Source: Burkholderiales bacterium | Lineage (GTDB): Bacteria; Pseudomonadota; Gammaproteobacteria; Burkholderiales; SG8-41 | Length of the DNA: 61,893 bases | Direction of reading: 5' to 3' | NCBI GenBank assembly: GCA_044867805.1 | Contig: JBIOVQ010000087.1 | Coordinates: forward strand, 1-61,893 | Notes under the pieces: model-generated | The model's input: only the letters and a program-made list of their open reading frames with translations | Told to the model about the DNA's origin: nothing | The model's database searches: none | Shown: positions 33,896-43,130 of the stretch, piece after piece | How the letters are laid out: every line of letters begins with the position of its first letter | Numbering within the stretch: the stretch's first letter is position 1 | Program-made: the position numbers and the translations under genes

Positions 33896-35119
33896 ATGGG
33901 AACTTCCCGGAGTAGCCTGACGGCCTGGATTCTTCCCGCGGCGGGCAGCCTGCTCGCCGCGGCCGCGCTGCTCGGTGCCGCGCCGGCCGTTGCGCAGGGG
34001 GTGGTCTGCTGCAACATGCTCATCGATGTCAAAGGAAAATGGATCGGCGCCGGGCGCCGGTGCGACATGCAGGGGCTGAGCGAAGGGCAGCGCGCGATGG
34101 TCTGCGAGAAGCTCAGCAAGGCCGGCGTCATGTGCGAGGCCGCGCAGCCCTATTGCGGGAAGTGCGACAAGGAGGCGATCGCCAAGGCGCGCGCCGACTA
34201 CGAGCGGTTGCTGAAAACCTATCGGGAAATCCGGGCCGCCGCGGACGATATGGGCAGGCGGGCGCAGGAGGTGGTGAGGCAAGGCGAGAAGATATTTTTC
34301 GACTACTTCACCGGCCTCGGTATCCAGGCGGCAAGCGATATTCTCACGAAGCCGGTGCCGCCGCACGTCAAGGGCGGGGTGCGCATCTACACCAGCGAAA
34401 GCGCGGAGGACGCCATCAAGGAGGGGGTGGACCTGTTGAAGGAGCTCTCGACGAAGCTGAAGGGTGGCGCGTGGAAAAGGGCGGCCCCGGTCGTGGACGT
34501 CATCAAGCTGCTCATGGACCTCAGTTTCGAGACAGCCAAGGTCTATACCCTGCTCGGGGAATTCGACCGCTACGCCAAGGAGGCGAACAAGTCGGCGGAT
34601 GCAGCGCTCGATGCGCTCAAAAAAGCGACTGCCGCGCGCCAAAGGCTGGAGGCGCTGGAAGCGTTATGCCGGGCCGCCGAGAAAGCCGCCAAGCCGCCCG
34701 CCAAGCGCGATAGCGAGGAGGAAGACGACCGCTTCAAGTCCTCGGGCGAGCGCGAGCTCGAAGCCGCGATCAAGCTGCGGGACTCCTGGCGCAGGGCCGG
34801 AGACATGTACGAGGACACACGCGGCAATCTCTACGACGGCGACTCCGCCCTGCAGGAGGCCCTCGCGATCGTCCAGAAGCGCTCGTCCAGCGCCGCGGAA
34901 AGCCCGTATCTCAGGGTCTCGTTCGGCCGCGAAGCGCTGCTGCTGGCGGCAGCGGCGGACACCGCTCAGGAGATCAAGGCCGGCAATCTCATGTCAGTGG
35001 GCTTCAGCAAGATAGCGCGCGGGCTGGAGGTTTACCTGTACCTGCGCGACGAGGTGGCGGGTATCGTGAAGCTGGGGGCGGCGCGTTCGCCTGCGGGCGG
35101 GAAGCCGTCCGGGCGCTGA
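33896..35119 (+). CDS. secreted Cys-rich / coiled-coil protein, hypothetical
   Basis: Signal peptide, then 7 Cys within about 60 aa (VVCCN...RRCD...MVCEK...VMCEA...PYCGKCD), then long helical Ala/Lys/Glu-rich regions. No family recognised. Confidence 0.6.
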   Translation: MGTSRSSLTAWILPAAGSLLAAAALLGAAPAVAQGVVCCNMLIDVKGKWIGAGRRCDMQGLSEGQRAMVCEKLSKAGVMCEAAQPYCGKCDKEAIAKARADYERLLKTYREIRAAADDMGRRAQEVVRQGEKIFFDYFTGLGIQAASDILTKPVPPHVKGGVRIYTSESAEDAIKEGVDLLKELSTKLKGGAWKRAAPVVDVIKLLMDLSFETAKVYTLLGEFDRYAKEANKSADAALDALKKATAARQRLEALEALCRAAEKAAKPPAKRDSEEEDDRFKSSGERELEAAIKLRDSWRRAGDMYEDTRGNLYDGDSALQEALAIVQKRSSSAAESPYLRVSFGREALLLAAAADTAQEIKAGNLMSVGFSKIARGLEVYLYLRDEVAGIVKLGAARSPAGGKPSGR

Positions 35120-35128
35120 AGGGAACGG

Positions 35129-35638
35129 TTGTTCCGGAAGTCCCGGGCGCCGCATGCGGCGATGATCACCCAGAAGAACTTCTGGTTCTTTTTCGGCGGC
35201 ACCTGGTTCGGCGTCGGCGCGGTGTTCGCGGTGATCGGCGCCGCCCTCCTGTGGCAGCAGTGGACGCTCTCCGGGCAGCTCGCGCGCGACGGCGCGACCG
35301 CGCAGGGCGTCGTCCTGGCTAAGAGCATGCGCAGCCGCAAGAACCAGGAGCCCACCTTCAGGGTGGAGTACCGCTACACGGCCGCGGACGGCGCGGCGAA
35401 CGAGGCCGAGGCTGAAGTAGACGGCAAGACCTGGGATTCCCTCACGGAAGGCGGGGCGCTCACCGTCACCTACGCGCGCGGGCAGCCCCGCGCCCATCGT
35501 GTGGCCGGTCAGTCGACTTCGGCGAACCTCGTCGTCGGCTCGGTGTTCGCCGGACTGGGCGGGCTGCTGGCGATCTCGGGCGCGGTGATCCTGTGGCGGG
35601 CCCGGCGGCAACGCGCGGGCGACGCAGGGAAGGACTGA
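35129..35638 (+). CDS. DUF3592 domain membrane protein
   Basis: TM helix, then AQGVVLAKSMRSRKNQEPTFRVEYRYTAADGAANEAEAEVD...LTVTYARGQP, then a TM helix. This is the DUF3592 architecture. ATG 35162 is an alternative start. Confidence 0.7.
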   Translation: MFRKSRAPHAAMITQKNFWFFFGGTWFGVGAVFAVIGAALLWQQWTLSGQLARDGATAQGVVLAKSMRSRKNQEPTFRVEYRYTAADGAANEAEAEVDGKTWDSLTEGGALTVTYARGQPRAHRVAGQSTSANLVVGSVFAGLGGLLAISGAVILWRARRQRAGDAGKD

Positions 35639-35642
35639 GACG

Positions 35643-36971
35643 ATGGACCGCGCCGGCCTCTTGAAAGGCGCGCTGCGCGGCGTCGGGCTCCCTGCCGGGG
35701 CCATCATGCTCGTCGCCGGCGTCGTCTTCTCCTTCGGCGCGGCCGAGACGGGGCTGCAATACCGCGATGCGCCCGAGTTGCGCGGGGTCGTGACCGAGAA
35801 GCGCCTGGTCCGCGCCGACCGGGACCGGAACCGGTCCACGCGCTTCATCGCCCGCTACCGCGCGACCCTGCCCGATGGCGGAACGGTCGAAGCCGAGACG
35901 AGCCTGCCCCGCAAGGCGTGGGAAGCGCGCGCCGTGGGCGACGAGATCCCGGTGCGCTACCTCGCGAGCGAGCGCAGGACGCTGCCGGAGACCGGGTCCG
36001 CCGAGTTCGAAGGGTCGGTCATCATGGGCGGCCTGGGCGCGATCCTCTTCGTGGCCGGGCTGCTCGTCGCGCGCGGGCCGGTGCGGAGACTCTTCGATCT
36101 CACGCGCCTCATCGGAGGCGGCAGGCCGGCGACGGCGACCGTCGAGAGCGTCTTCGAGACCTCGACCTCCGTCAAGCGCATGATTTACTGGCGGCTCCGC
36201 TATCGCTACCGGGATGCGGTGGGCCGGGTGCACGAAGGCGAGAGCGATCTGCTCACTCCCGGCGAGGCCGGTGAATGGGAGGCCGGCGCGACCGGCCCCA
36301 TCCTCTACGATCCGTCACGGCCATCGCGCAGCGCGTGGCTCGGGCGCCACGCGGTGGCCCCGGACCCTGCGGCGCCGGGTCTGGTGGCGCGGATGGGGTC
36401 CGCGCTCATGAGGTTGACGCGGTGGACCGTCAATATCGTCCTGGTCCTCGCCGCGATCTTCGTCGCGGGCGTGATCGGTGAGCTCACGCCGGCGCTGAAG
36501 GAGCTCGACGCGTGGATGACGGGCCAGCGGGCGCCGTTGCTGTACGCCACCGGCGGAGCGACCCTGCTCGGCCTGTTCGTGATGCTGGGCGCCCTCATTT
36601 CCATGATCATGCAGCGGGGCACGCCGCTGGACCATACCGGCGTCGAGAACGTCTCGCGCTCGGTGCGCGACGCGCAGATGGGCCCGCGCATCTGGCGCAC
36701 GTCCACCTACCGCGTTTTCGGCGCGACGGGGGGCGCATCCGCCGACGATGAATTCTCGTTCGCCGAGCTGAAGGGCGCGTTCCGCAGCGGCGCGATCCGG
36801 CGCGAGGGACTCTGGCGCACGCGCCTGGGCGTGCTGTGCGGCGCGGCGCTGATGTTCTTCGGCATATTCGGCATGGCGATCGTGCTCTCGCCGCTCGCGC
36901 TGAAGGTCCTCCTGGCGGCGGCGGTCGTCTACGCCGTGCTGCGCACGACCTGGGGCTTCATCCGCGCCTAG
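35643..36971 (+). CDS. membrane protein with two DUF3592-like modules
   Basis: Two TM-beta-TM modules are present: VVTEKRLVRADRDRNRSTRFIARYRATLPDGGTVEAE and ATVESVFETSTSVKRMIYWRLRYRYRDAVGRVHEGES. Additional C-terminal TM helices follow. Confidence 0.7.
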   Translation: MDRAGLLKGALRGVGLPAGAIMLVAGVVFSFGAAETGLQYRDAPELRGVVTEKRLVRADRDRNRSTRFIARYRATLPDGGTVEAETSLPRKAWEARAVGDEIPVRYLASERRTLPETGSAEFEGSVIMGGLGAILFVAGLLVARGPVRRLFDLTRLIGGGRPATATVESVFETSTSVKRMIYWRLRYRYRDAVGRVHEGESDLLTPGEAGEWEAGATGPILYDPSRPSRSAWLGRHAVAPDPAAPGLVARMGSALMRLTRWTVNIVLVLAAIFVAGVIGELTPALKELDAWMTGQRAPLLYATGGATLLGLFVMLGALISMIMQRGTPLDHTGVENVSRSVRDAQMGPRIWRTSTYRVFGATGGASADDEFSFAELKGAFRSGAIRREGLWRTRLGVLCGAALMFFGIFGMAIVLSPLALKVLLAAAVVYAVLRTTWGFIRA

Positions 36972-37006
36972 CGGCGAAGTCGAAAGGCGAAAGTCGAAAG
37001 GCGAAA

Positions 37007-37029
37007 GGGCCCCCGCGCTGCGGGGGCCC
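37007..37029 (+). terminator. GC hairpin after the DUF3592 operon (no U-tract)
   Basis: GGGCCCCC-GCGCTGC-GGGGGCCC lies 36 nt after the stop at 36971 and is preceded by GTCGAAA/GGCGAAA heptamers. Confidence 0.4.
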
Positions 37030-37134
37030 CATCACCCGTCACCGGCCGGGGCCTGCGGCGGCAGGGAGCACCCTCACTTTGCCGGGATCTCCGCGCGCTG
37101 GGAAGGAAGAGCCGGCCCAAGGCCTCCCCGCGGC

Positions 37135-37163
37135 TTGCCAATTGGCCTTGACTTGGATATGGT
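37135..37163 (+). promoter_or_regulatory. candidate sigma70-type promoter of the ABC importer operon
   Basis: TTGCCA, 17 nt, TATGGT, lying 116 nt upstream of ATG 37279. This is sequence resemblance only. Confidence 0.3.
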
Positions 37164-37278
37164 GTCCACGTAGTGGGCAAGGAGGCGCGCTTCTCTCGGA
37201 GGAGGGCGCCGCGAATAGACGACTCAAGACCCGCCGCGTGGAGCGGGCGGGCTATGAGGCGCCAGATGAGGAGGTTGG

Positions 37279-38199
37279 ATGCAACGCTTTATCGCGATTC
37301 GCGTGCTCCAGAGTCTCCTGGCCATCCTGGTCATGAGCGTGATCGTCTTTAGCCTCGCGCGAATCAGCGGCGACCCGCTGGAAGTGATGTTGCCGATCGA
37401 GGCGCAGGAGGAGGATTACGAGCGGCTGACCAAGTACTGGGGCCTCGACAAGCCGCTCCACGAGCAGTACGTCGTCTTCGTCAAGAAGGCCATCCAGGGC
37501 GATTTCGGCGAATCCCTGAAGTACCAGGGCCAATCCGCCATGGCCCTCGTCATGGAGCGACTGCCCGCAACGCTCGAGCTCGCGGTATTCGCGCTGCTCA
37601 TCAGCGCCATCATCGCGGTGCCCATAGGGGTTCTCGCGGCCGTTGCAAAGGGCACCGGCTGGGACGCGGCGGCAAAAATCATTGCGCTCCTCGGCCAGTC
37701 GCTGCCCGGATTCTGGCTGGGGATCGTGCTGATGTGGATTTTCGCCGTGCATCTGGACTGGCTTCCATCCTCGGGCCGGGGCGGGCTCCAGCACTTCATA
37801 CTGCCCGCCATCACGCTCGGCTGGTTCCAGGTGGCCGCCATCATGCGGCTGGTCCGCTCGTCGATGCTCGAGGTGCTGGACAGCGAGTTCGTGAAGCTGG
37901 CGCGCGTCAAGGGAATACCGGAGTGGAAAGTGGTCTGGAAACACTGCCTGCGCAACGCGGGAATCGCACCGCTCACCTTTTTCGCCATCATCGCCGGCAT
38001 CCTGCTGACCGGGTCCGTGGTGACCGAAACCGTCTTCACCTGGCCCGGCGTGGGGCTGCTGGTGGTGGACGCTGTCCGGTCCAGGGATTTCCAGGTCGTT
38101 CAGGCCGTCGTGATCGTATTCGCGGTAATCTTCATCCTGTGCAACCTGCTGGTCGACATCCTCTACGCGTATCTCGATCCACGCATCCGATATGAATAG
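37279..38199 (+). CDS. ABC transporter permease (peptide/nickel, DppB/OppB-like)
   Basis: RBS GAGGAGG. MQRFIAIRVLQSLLAILVMSVIVF start and an EAA-like loop region. 306 aa. Confidence 0.9.
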   Translation: MQRFIAIRVLQSLLAILVMSVIVFSLARISGDPLEVMLPIEAQEEDYERLTKYWGLDKPLHEQYVVFVKKAIQGDFGESLKYQGQSAMALVMERLPATLELAVFALLISAIIAVPIGVLAAVAKGTGWDAAAKIIALLGQSLPGFWLGIVLMWIFAVHLDWLPSSGRGGLQHFILPAITLGWFQVAAIMRLVRSSMLEVLDSEFVKLARVKGIPEWKVVWKHCLRNAGIAPLTFFAIIAGILLTGSVVTETVFTWPGVGLLVVDAVRSRDFQVVQAVVIVFAVIFILCNLLVDILYAYLDPRIRYE

Positions 38200-38220
38200 C
38201 AACCTGGAGGACACCGGATC

Positions 38221-39120
38221 ATGCCGCAATTGACGAGCACACGAACGCTGCCCTGGTATGCGATCCCGTGGGTTGTTGACAGGTGGCGCGACATCAAGCG
38301 CTATCCCCTGGTCTCGCTCGGGATCCTCGTATTCGTTTTGGTGATTCCCGCGATCTTTGCGCCCTTGGTCGCGCCGCACGACCCGTTCATGGGATCGCTC
38401 TCGAACCGGCTGACGCCGCCGTTCTGGCAGGACGGCGGCACCATGGAGCATATCCTGGGCACCGACAAGCTCGGGCGCGACATTCTGAGCAGAATCATCT
38501 TCGGCGCGCGGGTTTCTCTCATGGTGTCGCTGATCGCGATCTTCGTCGGCGGAATCATCGGCACGGTCCTGGGATTGATCTCGGGCTATTTCGGAGGCAG
38601 GACGGATGCGGTGATCATGCGCCTGGTGGACATCTCGCTCTCGATTCCGACGATCCTGCTCGCCCTCGTCCTCGTCGCCGCGGTGGGCCCCAGTTTCGGG
38701 ACGGTCGTCACCGTGTTCATCGTGCTCCTGTGGGCGCGCTACGCGCGGCTGACCCGCGGCGAGACACTCGCCATCAAGGAGCGCGACTTCATTGCGAGGG
38801 CGCGGGTGGCGGGGGCATCGCACACCCGCATCATGTTCAAGTACATCTTCCCCAACGTGGTCAACTCCCTCGTGGTGCTGGCGACGCTGCAGGTGGGATA
38901 CGTCATACTGCTCGAGTCCGCGCTGAGCTTCCTGGGGGCGGGGCTGCCGCGCGCCGAGCCGGCCTGGGGCGTCATGGTCGCGGATGGCCGGGAGCTGATC
39001 GTCACGGCGTGGTGGGTTTCCATGTTCCCCGGCCTCGCGATCATGCTGACCGTGCTCTCGCTCAACCTGCTCGGTGACTGGCTGCGGGACCACCTGGATC
39101 CCAGGTTGAGAAACCTGTAG
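38221..39120 (+). CDS. ABC transporter permease (DppC/OppC-like)
   Basis: [21 protein letters not shown] is the signature of the second permease of this family. Confidence 0.9.
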   Translation: MPQLTSTRTLPWYAIPWVVDRWRDIKRYPLVSLGILVFVLVIPAIFAPLVAPHDPFMGSLSNRLTPPFWQDGGTMEHILGTDKLGRDILSRIIFGARVSLMVSLIAIFVGGIIGTVLGLISGYFGGRTDAVIMRLVDISLSIPTILLALVLVAAVGPSFGTVVTVFIVLLWARYARLTRGETLAIKERDFIARARVAGASHTRIMFKYIFPNVVNSLVVLATLQVGYVILLESALSFLGAGLPRAEPAWGVMVADGRELIVTAWWVSMFPGLAIMLTVLSLNLLGDWLRDHLDPRLRNL

Positions 39121-39213
39121 CACGAAATGCCCGGAAACAGAAACGTCCGTAGAACGACAAACGAAGAAAGGTGTAGCCCGCAAGACCATAGCCAACTTAG
39201 GAGGAGACGACCC

Positions 39214-40827
39214 ATGAAATGGAAGCTCGCTTCACTGTTCACGGGACTGCTGATGGTCGTGGCAGTCATGTTTGGTACGGCCCTGGCCCCCGGATCGGCC
39301 GATGCTGCGCAAATCAAGCGCCTTATTTTTGCGTCTGCCGGATTCCACGAGAGCAACCGCTTCTGGACCATCGCCCGGCCCGACCACCTCCAGTTCGAGC
39401 CGTTCTGGGAGACGCTGCTCGGAATCGATCCCAAGACCGGCGACTACATCCCGGCGCTGGCGACGAAGTGGGAGATAAGCCCCGACTTCAAGGAGTGGAC
39501 CTTCCACCTGCGCAAGGGTGTCCAGTTCCACTTCGGCTACGGGGAGTTCACCTCGCGGGACGTCGTGCACGCGCACTCGCTGCTGGTGCGCAAGGATTCG
39601 ACGGCGACGCTCGCCCCGTTCTGGCGCACGGTCGAGGAAGTGAGGCCCATCGACAAGTACACCGTCATGTTCCGCTTCAAAGATCCGGCGCTGCTGGTCA
39701 ATCGTTATGCGTTCGCGCGCTCCGGCGATCTGCGCATGTCCAGCAAGGCGCAGTGGGACAAGGAGGGAGTCGAAGGACTCGACAAGCGGCCCGCCGGGAC
39801 CGGCCCCTTCACGTACGGCGGGCGGCAGACAGGCCTCAACATCGTGTTCAAGCGGAGTCCCAAGCACTGGTCCAAGAACAAGGTGGAATACGAGGAGCTC
39901 GAGTTCCGCATCGCCCGCGAAGAGGCCACGCGTCTCGCCCTGCTGCTGTCCGGCGACGTTCATATCGCCGACCTGCCGCGCGAGCTGCACAAGGACGCGC
40001 TCGCCAGGGGTCTGAAGCGTTTCCAGTCCTCGCTGGCGGTGGACTGGGTCTCGGTGTACCTGGGCGGCCAGTGGCACATCACGGGGGACAAGGATTTCGA
40101 TCCGAAAGGCCCGTTCGTCGACAAGAGGGTGCGCCAGGCGCTCAACATCGCCATCAACCGGAAAGAGATGTTGAACACGGTGTTCGCCGGCCGGGCGGAG
40201 CTCGCGTATGTTTCGCTGTATGTGCCCAGTTCCGAGGGCTGGAACCCGAAGTGGGAGAGCCGGTTCAACGAGCTCTATGCCTATAACCCCGAGAAGGCGA
40301 AGCAGCTGCTGAAGGAGGCGGGTTACGGTCCCGGAAATCCGCTCAAGTTCGAGATCTGGGCGTTCACCGAGCCGGGCGAGTCGGAAGGCCCGGCGATCGC
40401 CGACGCGCTCGCCATCTACTTCAAGAGGGTCGGGGTCGAAGCCCAGGTCCAGATGCAGGACTGGTCCAAGATCCGGAACGCGTATCGGAAGAAACAGAGC
40501 AAGAATTTCATGTGGCCGAACATCATCGGCTGGCGGCCCTCCGACAACGGCATCCGCAACTTCTACTACAGCAAGGGCAACAACCACCACTACGAGGACG
40601 ACTTCCTCGAGAAAACCTTCGGCGAGGTGCTGAAGTCGAGCGACGACAAGAAACGCGATCAGCTGATGCGGGCGATCGGCGACCACCTCCAGGAGGTGTA
40701 CGCCGACATCCCGCTCTTCTGGTTCCGCAACGAGGTTTTTGCGACCAAGGCCGTGGGCAGCTGGGTTTACCCGGGGCCCGCCGCCGGCCGCTCGTCGCAT
40801 TTCGAGAACATAAAGCTCGCCAAGTAG
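39214..40827 (+). CDS. ABC transporter substrate-binding protein, family 5 (peptide/nickel)
   Basis: RBS GGAGGAG precedes ATG 39214, giving a signal peptide. Size of about 537 aa and motifs match SBP family 5. The listed start at 39127 is a run-on. Confidence 0.85.
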   Translation: MKWKLASLFTGLLMVVAVMFGTALAPGSADAAQIKRLIFASAGFHESNRFWTIARPDHLQFEPFWETLLGIDPKTGDYIPALATKWEISPDFKEWTFHLRKGVQFHFGYGEFTSRDVVHAHSLLVRKDSTATLAPFWRTVEEVRPIDKYTVMFRFKDPALLVNRYAFARSGDLRMSSKAQWDKEGVEGLDKRPAGTGPFTYGGRQTGLNIVFKRSPKHWSKNKVEYEELEFRIAREEATRLALLLSGDVHIADLPRELHKDALARGLKRFQSSLAVDWVSVYLGGQWHITGDKDFDPKGPFVDKRVRQALNIAINRKEMLNTVFAGRAELAYVSLYVPSSEGWNPKWESRFNELYAYNPEKAKQLLKEAGYGPGNPLKFEIWAFTEPGESEGPAIADALAIYFKRVGVEAQVQMQDWSKIRNAYRKKQSKNFMWPNIIGWRPSDNGIRNFYYSKGNNHHYEDDFLEKTFGEVLKSSDDKKRDQLMRAIGDHLQEVYADIPLFWFRNEVFATKAVGSWVYPGPAAGRSSHFENIKLAK

Positions 40828-40842
40828 GGGCAGGGCCACGGC

Positions 40843-40870
40843 AAGGGGAAGCAACGCTTCCCCTTGTTTG
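40843..40870 (+). terminator. intra-operon stem-loop / attenuating terminator after the binding-protein gene
   Basis: AAGGGGAAGC-AAC-GCTTCCCCTT is followed by GTTTGTGGG. It lies 16 nt after the stop at 40827 and before the ATPase genes, the usual position for differential SBP expression. Confidence 0.55.
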
Positions 40871-40957
40871 TGGGTCGTATCTCGATGATCCGTCAACCTC
40901 GACAGGAGGAGGGTGGTATGCGGGCTGTCTCCACGAAAAGCGGGACGGGCTAGGCGC

Positions 40958-41947
40958 ATGGCCCGGCGGATTGGCGACGTCATACTGGAAGTGGAGGACC
41001 TCCATACCTACATCTTTACCGGCTTCGGCACGGTAAAGGCGGTGGATGGGGTGAGCTTTTCGTTGCGCCAGGGCGAGGTGCTGGGCATCGTGGGCGAGTC
41101 GGGCAGCGGGAAAACCATGACGGCCCTGTCGCTGCTGAAACTCATCCCGCGGCCGGCGGCCCGCATCGTCAAGGGAGCCATCCGGCTCGAAGGCGAGGAT
41201 CTCATCCCCAAGTCCGAGCAGGAGATGCGGCAGATCCGCGGCCGCCGTATTTCCATGATCCTGCAGGATCCGCAGACTTCGCTCAATCCGGTGTTCACGG
41301 TCGGCAACCAGTTGATCGAGGCGATCGAGAGTCAGCACGCTGACGACGACAAGCCGACGCTGGTGCAGCGGGCGGTCGAGGGCCTGAAGCAGGTCAAGGT
41401 GGCGGCGCCCGAGCGGCGGGTCGCGGATTACCCGCACCAGATCAGCGGCGGCATGAAGCAGCGCGTGGTCGGCGCTATCGCCATCTCCTGCGAGCCGAAG
41501 ATCATCATCGCCGATGAGCCGACCACTTCACTGGATGTCACCATACAGGCCCAGTACCTGCGCCTGCTCCGCGAGATCCAGGAAGCGACGAACCTCGCGC
41601 TCATCTTCATCACGCACGACTTCGGCATCGTCGCGAAGATGTGCGATCGCGTGATGGTGATGTATGCCGGCCGCGTGGTGGAAAGCGGATCGGTGCGGGA
41701 CATCTTCAATCATCCGTCGCATCCCTACACCCAGGCCCTGCTGCGCTCGGTGCCCAGCATGGACGAGGATGTGGAGCGGCTCTACTCGATCGAGGGCCAG
41801 CCTCCCGCCCTGTGGGACCTGCCCGAGGGGTGCCGGTTTGCTCCCCGGTGCGCCCACGCCGACGATCGCTGCCAGCGCGAGTATCCATCCTCCATCTCCG
41901 TGGGCAATGGCCACACCGCAAGTTGCTGGAAAGCGGGACGCGTATGA
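40958..41947 (+). CDS. ABC transporter ATP-binding protein (DppD/OppD-like)
   Basis: Walker A GESGSGKT, signature ISGGMKQR, Walker B IIIADEPTTSLD, and a C-terminal oligopeptide-type extension with Cys residues. Confidence 0.9.
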   Translation: MARRIGDVILEVEDLHTYIFTGFGTVKAVDGVSFSLRQGEVLGIVGESGSGKTMTALSLLKLIPRPAARIVKGAIRLEGEDLIPKSEQEMRQIRGRRISMILQDPQTSLNPVFTVGNQLIEAIESQHADDDKPTLVQRAVEGLKQVKVAAPERRVADYPHQISGGMKQRVVGAIAISCEPKIIIADEPTTSLDVTIQAQYLRLLREIQEATNLALIFITHDFGIVAKMCDRVMVMYAGRVVESGSVRDIFNHPSHPYTQALLRSVPSMDEDVERLYSIEGQPPALWDLPEGCRFAPRCAHADDRCQREYPSSISVGNGHTASCWKAGRV

Positions 41948-42918
41948 CGACTGCACCGGTCCTCCAGGCGGAGAATCTGAAGAAGCATTTTCCTGTCACC
42001 CAGGGCATCCTGTGGACGAAGGTCGTCGGCTGGGTGCAGGCCGTGGACGGCATCAGCTTCTCGATCCCCCAGGGCGAGACGCTCGCCCTCGTGGGCGAGT
42101 CCGGCTGCGGCAAGACGACGACCGCAAAGCTCGTGCTGCGTCTTGAAGAACCGACGTCCGGCCAGGTTTTCGCCGACGGCAAGGACGTCCATACGCTCAG
42201 CGGCGACGACCTGAAGGAGTACCGCACGACGGTCCAGGCGGTGTTTCAGGATCCCTGGTCCTCTCTCAGCCCTCGCATGCGCGTGCGGGACATCGTGGCC
42301 GAGCCGCTGGTGGTCAACCAGAAGGTCTCCGACCAGGAGGTGAAGGATCGTGTCGCCGAGGTGCTGGCGTCCGTGGGCCTGCGCCCCCAGCAGGCCAACC
42401 TTTACCCGCACGAGTTCAGCGGCGGGCAGCGTCAGCGCATCGCCGTGGCGAGCGCGCTGGTGTCGAAGCCGAAGTTGATCATCCTCGATGAGCCGGTCTC
42501 GGCCCTGGACGTTTCGATCCGGGCGCAGATCATGAACATGCTGGTTGATCTGCAAGAGCGGTACAACGTGAGCTACCTGCTCATAGCTCACCATCTTGCG
42601 ACGACCCGCTACATGGCGGGCGAGGTCGCGGTCATGTACCTGGGGAAGATCGTGGAGAAGGCCACGACGAAGGAGCTGTTCAACAACCCGCAGCACCCCT
42701 ATACCAAGGCCCTCTTCTCGGCGGCGCTTCCGGACCACCCCGACGTCACCCGCGAGGAGATCATCCTCACGGGAGAAGTCCCCTCGCCCATCAACCCGCC
42801 GTCGGGGTGCCGCTTCCATCCCCGCTGCCCCTTCGCCATGCGCAAGTGCGCCGAAATTGCGCCGGTTGAAAAGGAAACCGCCCGCGGTCACATGGTGGCG
42901 TGCCACCTGGTGGCGTAA
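41944..42918 (+). CDS. ABC transporter ATP-binding protein (DppF/OppF-like)
   Basis: ATG 41944 overlaps the upstream stop (ATGA). Walker A GESGCGKT, signature FSGGQRQR, Walker B LIILDEPVSALD. Confidence 0.9.
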   Translation: MTTAPVLQAENLKKHFPVTQGILWTKVVGWVQAVDGISFSIPQGETLALVGESGCGKTTTAKLVLRLEEPTSGQVFADGKDVHTLSGDDLKEYRTTVQAVFQDPWSSLSPRMRVRDIVAEPLVVNQKVSDQEVKDRVAEVLASVGLRPQQANLYPHEFSGGQRQRIAVASALVSKPKLIILDEPVSALDVSIRAQIMNMLVDLQERYNVSYLLIAHHLATTRYMAGEVAVMYLGKIVEKATTKELFNNPQHPYTKALFSAALPDHPDVTREEIILTGEVPSPINPPSGCRFHPRCPFAMRKCAEIAPVEKETARGHMVACHLVA

Positions 42919-43055
42919 GAGCTGTCAGTCATCAGCCCTCAGCCAAGCGGCCCCCTCCTGCCTTGCTCAGGATCGCGCCTTCCAGGCCCGGTGTATCCAG
43001 GGGTGTCACCGCAGGTGACGGGGTGGTGGGAGCTACCCAGGAAGACGTTCCGGGA

Positions 43056-43130
43056 GCCGTCAGTCATCAGCCCTCAGCCCTCAGCGCCCTTAAGAGTTCA
43101 ACTGACGGCTGAAGACTGAGGGCTGACGGC
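43056..43130. terminator. heptamer-array hairpin between convergent operons
   Basis: GCCGTCAGTCATCAGCCCTCAGCCCTCAGC ... CTGACGGCTGAAGACTGAGGGCTGACGGC are complementary arms. They lie between the ABC operon end (42918) and the VWA gene stop (43130). Confidence 0.5.
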
